A stretch of DNA of 64,000 nt, taken from Candidatus Altimarinota bacterium. Its GTDB lineage: Bacteria; Patescibacteriota; Gracilibacteria; UBA4473. The notes under the pieces are model-generated. The model saw nothing but the letters and a program-made list of their open reading frames with translations. It was not told the DNA's origin and made no database searches. How positions within the stretch are numbered: position 1 is the first letter of the stretch; every line of letters starts with the position of its first letter. The position numbers were made by a program, and so were the translations under genes. This document shows positions 58,664 to 64,000 of the stretch, in pieces. The DNA lies in contig OZ246423.1 of the NCBI GenBank assembly GCA_965231215.1, positions 448,001-512,000 of the forward strand, read 5' to 3'.

Positions 58664-60262
58664 ATGAGTATTCATGATATGAAGGGATTTGAGGATCCAA
58701 CTGTATTAGATCCAACAACTAATCTTCCAGAACAAAGCCTAGAGGGAGAGATTAATTCGTACCTAAATCTTATATCAGACCTAAAAGCCGACCTTTCAGG
58801 TGAAAAACGGGCCATTGTTTGGGAGGTTATAGATAAGTTTGAAATGTTCTTTCGCACGCTTCAGGAAGAAATGAATAACCTTCAAGATGAAAGAAATCTA
58901 AAGCTCGTTCGCGAAGTTTTATCCTGGGTGGATGAATGCTGGGAAGCTTCTTATGAGTCCTTCCACAAAGGGGCTGACCAGTCTTATTTTGTAGAACTAG
59001 ACCGACATCTTAAAGAAGGGTTTTTAGTTTTTAGTAAATTTGTCCAAGACGCCTCACATTTAGAAGAACTTAACTCAGAAAAAAACGCCGAAATTAAAGA
59101 GAGAGTCACGCACAAAACCCAAACCTCTCGAGTAGCAGTGAGAACATTTCTAATTAAGGCCAGTGCTATTGCTGGCCTCATCACTACAAACACTTTAGAA
59201 AAAGGGCCGTCAAACATATCCCCCCCCCTAAATACCCCACCCACTATTGCTGACCCTGAAAAGCCAGTCAAAGCCAGCCCCGCTGAACAAACAATCGATG
59301 AAATTGCTGAAATCCTCAGACAAGAGGTCATTGAAAAGGAAGTCCCTGAAAAGAGTGCAGAGTATGCCCCTCACTACACCCATCTTATTGAAACCGAGAG
59401 ATCGATAATGGAAGCTCGATACCTCAATGATGTTTCTAAACCTCAAAAACTAAAAGACCTCAAGGCAATGATCACTGATTTTGGCAAAAGCCCCCTTCGT
59501 CCTACTTTCGATAACATGCAGATTATCCCGGCTTTTGTAGGGCTTGTAGAGTCTGACCTCAATCCAGACGCTTACAACAAAGGGAGCAAAGCCGTAGGAA
59601 TGTTCCAATTTTTACTCAGGTCAGGCCCCTTCGGGAATCCTAAAGTTTTAGATAAAATTATGGCCAATCCTGAGCTTTTTGATATTGGATTTATGGACAT
59701 GCTTAAAAAATTAAAACAGGAGTCTGAAAATATATACTTTTTCGATTACGTACAAGACAAGCTCAAAAGTGATTCTGAATTCAAGCAAGAGTATCTAAAA
59801 GAACTCAAAAAAATAGCCTTTGATTACAAACAAAGCCACCAAATTGCTATGTTTTATCTAAAAACACTCCAGGACCAAGTAATAAATCTTGAAACTTCCC
59901 ATAGAGTTGAATTCAGATCTCCCAAAGATGTAGGAGACTTCACGCTTTTTGCCTACAACGCTGGCATGACTTTTACTAAAGCGGTAGTGGCCGCTATAAA
60001 ACAAAATCCAAATATAGAATTTACAGAAGAAGGCAGGCACTTAGCCATCAGCATGGATCAAATAGCCCAATATGCAGAATACATTATTGAAAAACTAGAA
60101 GCGAACACGCACAAAAAACAAGGCGACCTATACTCAGGTATAGCCAAGAACCAAATACGCGGAAAATTCCACGAAGCCATTAGGTATCCTGCCAGGCTCA
60201 GGATTGCCCAAGAAATGCATCAAAAATCTTCTCCAGAATTGAGCGTCACTCAGACTCAATAA
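58664..60262 (+). CDS. Lytic transglycosylase (SLT)-like protein with a long N-terminal extension
   Basis: Motifs LVESDLNPDA, AVGMFQF, AYNAG. Confidence 0.75.
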   Translation: MSIHDMKGFEDPTVLDPTTNLPEQSLEGEINSYLNLISDLKADLSGEKRAIVWEVIDKFEMFFRTLQEEMNNLQDERNLKLVREVLSWVDECWEASYESFHKGADQSYFVELDRHLKEGFLVFSKFVQDASHLEELNSEKNAEIKERVTHKTQTSRVAVRTFLIKASAIAGLITTNTLEKGPSNISPPLNTPPTIADPEKPVKASPAEQTIDEIAEILRQEVIEKEVPEKSAEYAPHYTHLIETERSIMEARYLNDVSKPQKLKDLKAMITDFGKSPLRPTFDNMQIIPAFVGLVESDLNPDAYNKGSKAVGMFQFLLRSGPFGNPKVLDKIMANPELFDIGFMDMLKKLKQESENIYFFDYVQDKLKSDSEFKQEYLKELKKIAFDYKQSHQIAMFYLKTLQDQVINLETSHRVEFRSPKDVGDFTLFAYNAGMTFTKAVVAAIKQNPNIEFTEEGRHLAISMDQIAQYAEYIIEKLEANTHKKQGDLYSGIAKNQIRGKFHEAIRYPARLRIAQEMHQKSSPELSVTQTQ

Positions 60263-61098
60263 AAAATTTCTTTTATCTGAGCAAAACGTTCTAAAAAATT
60301 TTTGTGCCACACATCGTGATACTGAGACTGGAACTTTTGAATAAGAGCTAATTTCTGATTATTTAGTTTTTGGGTTTGAGGGGTTTTGATTCCATGTACT
60401 TGATACTTCAGAACTTTAATTCCTGGAAAGTCACGCAGCACATGCTGAACGCCTTGAGCTGTGGCCCGATGGTCTTTATGCGTGTCTAACCCCTCATGTG
60501 GTATATACACCATTTCAGGGTCGTAATTATCAATGAGTTCCCTCACGATGTCGCTCAACTCATTTAAACTATAACCAGCTCCAGGACGATAACTAAGGGC
60601 GTTTGTCTTAGCTTGTCTGGTAAAGTCAGATCTGATGTCTTTATTCCATTCCAAGTCACTTAAATGCCCATCAGGAAAATTTAAAAAAAATAAATCTTTA
60701 GACCTTAATCCCAAAGATCTTGCTGCCAAAATAGATTCCCTACGACGAGTTTTTCCATAGTTTTGGGACATTTCTTTCGACTTAGTCGTCAGTCCGTCCC
60801 CATTAGTGAGGTACACCACTTTCACGCTTTTCCCGCTTTTAAGTGCCATTGAAATCATTTCACCACAACAGAGAATTTCATCATCTGGATGCGGCGAAAA
60901 GACCATCATATCAGTAGCTGTATTTTGAGGTTTTTCCCGTTGATGCCCAAGAGGCAAAAATACATTATTTTGGTTCTGTCTTCGATTCTCCATTCGCTGA
61001 AAAAGGCCTCTATTATGAGACTGAGAAGAACTCCCCCCATAATCCACTGGTTGAGCCAACGCCGTATCCATGAAAACAAAAAGACTCAAAAACCACAT
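60256..61098 (-). CDS. Secreted PIG-L family deacetylase
   Basis: Motifs SPHPDDE, LTNGD, RRRE, FPDG, HKDH. Start moved to MWFLSLF because the upstream extension lies in the MITE. Confidence 0.88.
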   Translation of the reverse strand: MWFLSLFVFMDTALAQPVDYGGSSSQSHNRGLFQRMENRRQNQNNVFLPLGHQREKPQNTATDMMVFSPHPDDEILCCGEMISMALKSGKSVKVVYLTNGDGLTTKSKEMSQNYGKTRRRESILAARSLGLRSKDLFFLNFPDGHLSDLEWNKDIRSDFTRQAKTNALSYRPGAGYSLNELSDIVRELIDNYDPEMVYIPHEGLDTHKDHRATAQGVQHVLRDFPGIKVLKYQVHGIKTPQTQKLNNQKLALIQKFQSQYHDVWHKNFLERFAQIKEIFY

Positions 61099-61143
61099 CA
61101 AGAATAAGGTAGAAGGGAAAACTAAAAAAGAAAAGGAGAAACA

Positions 61144-61269
61144 TAAAATTTTTTTAAAACGAAAGATTCGAGAAACGGCGTAATTTTTAAAATAAGCGTA
61201 TTGTAAAACATACACGTTTAAAAAAATTATAAACGTGACAAAGAAACTTACAGTTTAAAAAGGTTTTTA
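61144..61269. mobile_element. ~126-bp MITE-like repeat, copy 4
   Basis: AAATAAGCGTATTGTAAAACATACACGTTTAAAAAAA..TGACAAAGAAA closely matches copy 2. The right end is the pilB TAA. Confidence 0.7.
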
Positions 61270-62964
61270 ACCCGCTACACGATACACTTCATCCAGGGTA
61301 GTTTCTCCCAAAATCACCTTCCGAACTCCATCTTCAAAGAGGGTAATAAATTCTGGATGTTCTTCACGAGCTAGCTGAAAACATTCAATTTCAGTTTTGT
61401 TTTCGGAGATAGCGGTCCGCAAATTTTCCGTAAAATCAACCATTTCACAAATGACGGTCTGTCCAATATACCCCGTATGAGAACAATGCTCACATCCTCT
61501 TGAAACTGGCACTTCCAACACAAGTGCGTCATTGTTTTGGGTTTCTTTTACCGGATCTAACCCTTTTTGGGCAAGCGCCATTTGAACCTCTCTGTAACCT
61601 CCTTGCAGACGAGCAATAGCAGATTTAACTTCTGGATTATTATTCAGATCTAGCTTCATAGTTGTAGCACAATGCGGACAGACCCGCCGAAGAAGACGTT
61701 GAGCAATAATCGCATTAACTGAGGCCGCTACGTTGTAACTTTCTAACCCTAAATTTCGTAATCGAGTCACCGCCCCCAAGGCTGAATTGGTATGCAGCGA
61801 ACTCAAAACAATATGGCCAGTCAGCGACGCTTCTGATGAGAGATGCGCCGTATTAAACTCACGAATTTCACCAATCAGAATCACATCGGGGTCATGACGA
61901 AGCAAGGCTTTAAGCCCATTAGAAAAGTTATAGTCAGAATTTTCATTAACTTGAGACTGAGTCACGTTATCCAAATGATATTCAATCGGATCTTCAAGCG
62001 TCACGAGCTTTTTCTCCGAGTCATTCAGCGTTGAAAGCATTGAATAAAGCGTCGTTGTTTTCCCACTCCCCGTAGGTCCTGTAACTAAAATCATTCCATT
62101 TTTATGCCGAAGAGCCGATTCAATTCGCTCTTTAATCGTGCGATGAAAACCAAGCTCTTCAAAATTTTTAATCCCTTTTCGGCTATCAAGTACCCGCATC
62201 ACCACTGACTCAAAAAACTCAGTTGGAAGAGTGGAAACCCTCAAATCAACAGATCGATCATTAGCCACAAAAGACATGTGCCCATCTTGAGGGATGTTTG
62301 AAATATTGGATTTCATCCCTGATTCATACTTGATCCGAGATACCATTTTTTTGGCTTTTCCAAGGTCTAAGTCCGAAATATTATGCAAAATTCCATTAAT
62401 TCTAAACCGCAAAACCGCTCGATCTTCGTACGGTTGAATATGAATATCTGAAGCCTTTAGCTGAATCGCCACAATCTCAATTTCATTCAGCGCTTTTTCG
62501 GCTGGAAGGCTTTTGAGTTTTTCATCTAAGTGACCCAACTCTAAGAACTGCTGTTCAAAAGTTTGGTTCTCTCTTTCATCAAAGTCTTCCGTCTTTTCAA
62601 CCGTTTTTTTATTAATCAGATCAGACTCATAGAGTGGCAAAATAGCATTGAGGCTGGTCTGAGAACAAACTTCAATCTCAACCTCAAAGTCTTTTTCTTC
62701 AAACGCCTCAATAACTTTCACCAGATGAATCCCTTCTGGTTGGGTAGTCGCGAGTTTAACTTTGTACCCACTCCGAAAAAAAGGAACCGTTTGCGCTTTT
62801 TGCGCGGCTGATTCTGGAAGGAGTTTTAAAACCTCAGGATTAAGCGGATAATGTACCAAATCTATGTAGGATAACCCCAAATCTTTGGCTAGCTTTTGAG
62901 CTTCACGCTCTTCAAAAGCCTGATTAATCGCTTGCACTGGGGCTGTAGACGCATTATCTGCCAT
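61267..62964 (-). CDS. pilB: Type IV pilus assembly ATPase, PilB/GspE family
   Basis: Motifs ASDIHIQP, PQDG, GPTGSGKTTTLY, EDPIEY, LRHDPDVILIGEIR, two CxxC pairs. Confidence 0.93.
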   Translation of the reverse strand: MADNASTAPVQAINQAFEEREAQKLAKDLGLSYIDLVHYPLNPEVLKLLPESAAQKAQTVPFFRSGYKVKLATTQPEGIHLVKVIEAFEEKDFEVEIEVCSQTSLNAILPLYESDLINKKTVEKTEDFDERENQTFEQQFLELGHLDEKLKSLPAEKALNEIEIVAIQLKASDIHIQPYEDRAVLRFRINGILHNISDLDLGKAKKMVSRIKYESGMKSNISNIPQDGHMSFVANDRSVDLRVSTLPTEFFESVVMRVLDSRKGIKNFEELGFHRTIKERIESALRHKNGMILVTGPTGSGKTTTLYSMLSTLNDSEKKLVTLEDPIEYHLDNVTQSQVNENSDYNFSNGLKALLRHDPDVILIGEIREFNTAHLSSEASLTGHIVLSSLHTNSALGAVTRLRNLGLESYNVAASVNAIIAQRLLRRVCPHCATTMKLDLNNNPEVKSAIARLQGGYREVQMALAQKGLDPVKETQNNDALVLEVPVSRGCEHCSHTGYIGQTVICEMVDFTENLRTAISENKTEIECFQLAREEHPEFITLFEDGVRKVILGETTLDEVYRVAG

Positions 62965-63074
62965 CAGAAAATTATATCACAAAATGTACAAAAACTCAAA
63001 CTACAAAATACATCACAAAAAGTTTTATAAATGCGCAAAAAAAGTATTAGAATGGGGCAAACAAACAATAATAG

Positions 63075-63599
63075 ATGCATAAAATTGAAACTATAGAAAA
63101 AACTAAAAATCAGAGTTGGTTAGGACGAATTTTGTTGTTTTTCATCATTCTTACAGCTGTAGGAACTCTCTGGGTTACTTGGGAGTATTTCCAGGTTCAA
63201 AAAAATATGGCTAAGTTTGAAACCGCCATCCAAAATCAAAACGAAAACATCAACAAGCTCAAACAAAATGGACAGATTGGTGAAAAAACGAGAGCTAAAG
63301 AAATCCTCACCAAAGCCGAAAACTACAGAATTATCTGGTCTGATGTAGCCCAAAAACTCATCCAAGAACTAGAGGAAGAAGGCCTTATAGAATTTAATAA
63401 TGTTAATGCTGGGAGAAATCAGCAAATTGCCGTAAACGGAATGGCTAAAGACCTCCGATCTATTGCTAAAATCTTAGTAAAAACGAAAAATCACCCAAAT
63501 TTTGAAGACGTTTTTATTTCACAAATGTCTCAGATAGAAGACACTCCAAACGGGGCTTATACATTTTCTATGAGCCTGCAATATGTTGAACAAAAATAA
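63075..63599 (+). CDS. pilN: PilN-like pilus assembly protein
   Basis: TM helix, coiled coil, WS motif and a ferredoxin-like domain (VNGMA..IA...PNFEDVF..YTFSM). Confidence 0.7.
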   Translation: MHKIETIEKTKNQSWLGRILLFFIILTAVGTLWVTWEYFQVQKNMAKFETAIQNQNENINKLKQNGQIGEKTRAKEILTKAENYRIIWSDVAQKLIQELEEEGLIEFNNVNAGRNQQIAVNGMAKDLRSIAKILVKTKNHPNFEDVFISQMSQIEDTPNGAYTFSMSLQYVEQK

Positions 63600-64000
63600 A
63601 TGATAAAATTGCTTACCTGGCTTTCAATTTTAGCCATCCCGGTCTACGGATTCTGGATCGTCCCCAAATATAACGAAGTAAAAACTCGGAAAGTACACCT
63701 GCAAAACTTAGCCGAAGAAAGTAGAAAAAAGACAGAAGAATTCAAAACCCTTAAAGCGCAAGAAAAAGCGCTTAAAAGTGAAGCCTTTGAAGCCATTTTA
63801 GCCCAGGTTCCCCCCACCATACAGCAGGAAAGACTTATTGTAGATCTTCAACGCATTGCTCAGGAATCCGGCTTTATTTTTAAGAGCCTCGGATTTGCCA
63901 AAGGACAAAATCCAGAGGTGGAATCAGCAGAGGTAAAAATTAATTTTTCTGTACGCGGAAGAAAAGACAATCTTCCAAAATTCTTAGCTAAAATTGAACA
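63600..64000 (+). CDS. pilO: PilO-like pilus assembly protein (partial, runs off the window end)
   Basis: MIKLLTWLSILAIPVYGFWIVP...QVPP...LIVDLQRIAQESG...INFSVRG...FLAKIE, starting directly after the pilN stop. Confidence 0.7.
   Translation, partial: MIKLLTWLSILAIPVYGFWIVPKYNEVKTRKVHLQNLAEESRKKTEEFKTLKAQEKALKSEAFEAILAQVPPTIQQERLIVDLQRIAQESGFIFKSLGFAKGQNPEVESAEVKINFSVRGRKDNLPKFLAKIE

Noticed and set aside
61099-61215. N-terminal extension of the PIG-L ORF
   Set aside because: It starts inside the MITE-like repeat. A signal-peptide-like start at 61098 is more plausible.

Overview
This 64-kb window looks like chromosome from a small-genome Patescibacteria (CPR) bacterium, probably Gracilibacteria/Peregrinibacteria-like. 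That placement is inferred from TrbC/VirB2-like pilins, PKD/SLH surface proteins and giant secreted proteins. TGA is used as a stop, so the genome is code 11, not code 25. Housekeeping genes (tatD, prfA, ruvX, secG, ilvE, ychF, rpsU, prmC, rpmG, def, ftsH, gmk, comM/yifB, tsaB, ruvA, secY, pilB/N/O, tRNA-Met, tRNA-Ala) are mixed with accessory loci. The highlights are: (1) a ~12.5-kb locus (2.5-15 kb) with three HTTM/vitamin K-dependent carboxylase-like membrane enzymes, an orphan RnfD/NqrB-like protein, two paralogous micro membrane proteins and three exported proteins, including a 95-aa peptide ending GDDGDGDDGH and a 1488-aa protein with a Cys-flanked Asp16 tract; this is a candidate Asp/Glu-carboxylation system for surface proteins. 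(2) An unannotated 18-aa Phe/Tyr/Trp leader peptide and attenuator upstream of DAHP synthase. (3) A ~123-bp MITE-like family with four copies, each abutting a TAA stop codon. (4) 152-bp tandem repeats built from a tRNA-Ala 3' end with an insertion in the T-loop. (5) A PAS plus LuxI/GNAT-fold (thermostable-hemolysin-like) protein next to a 7TM histidine kinase and an OmpR regulator. (6) A pilin-PKD-coiled-coil-VWA/SLH surface operon. (7) A near-identical duplication of at least 613 bp of the giant gene's 3' end. All family calls come from motif recognition by eye; no searches were run.
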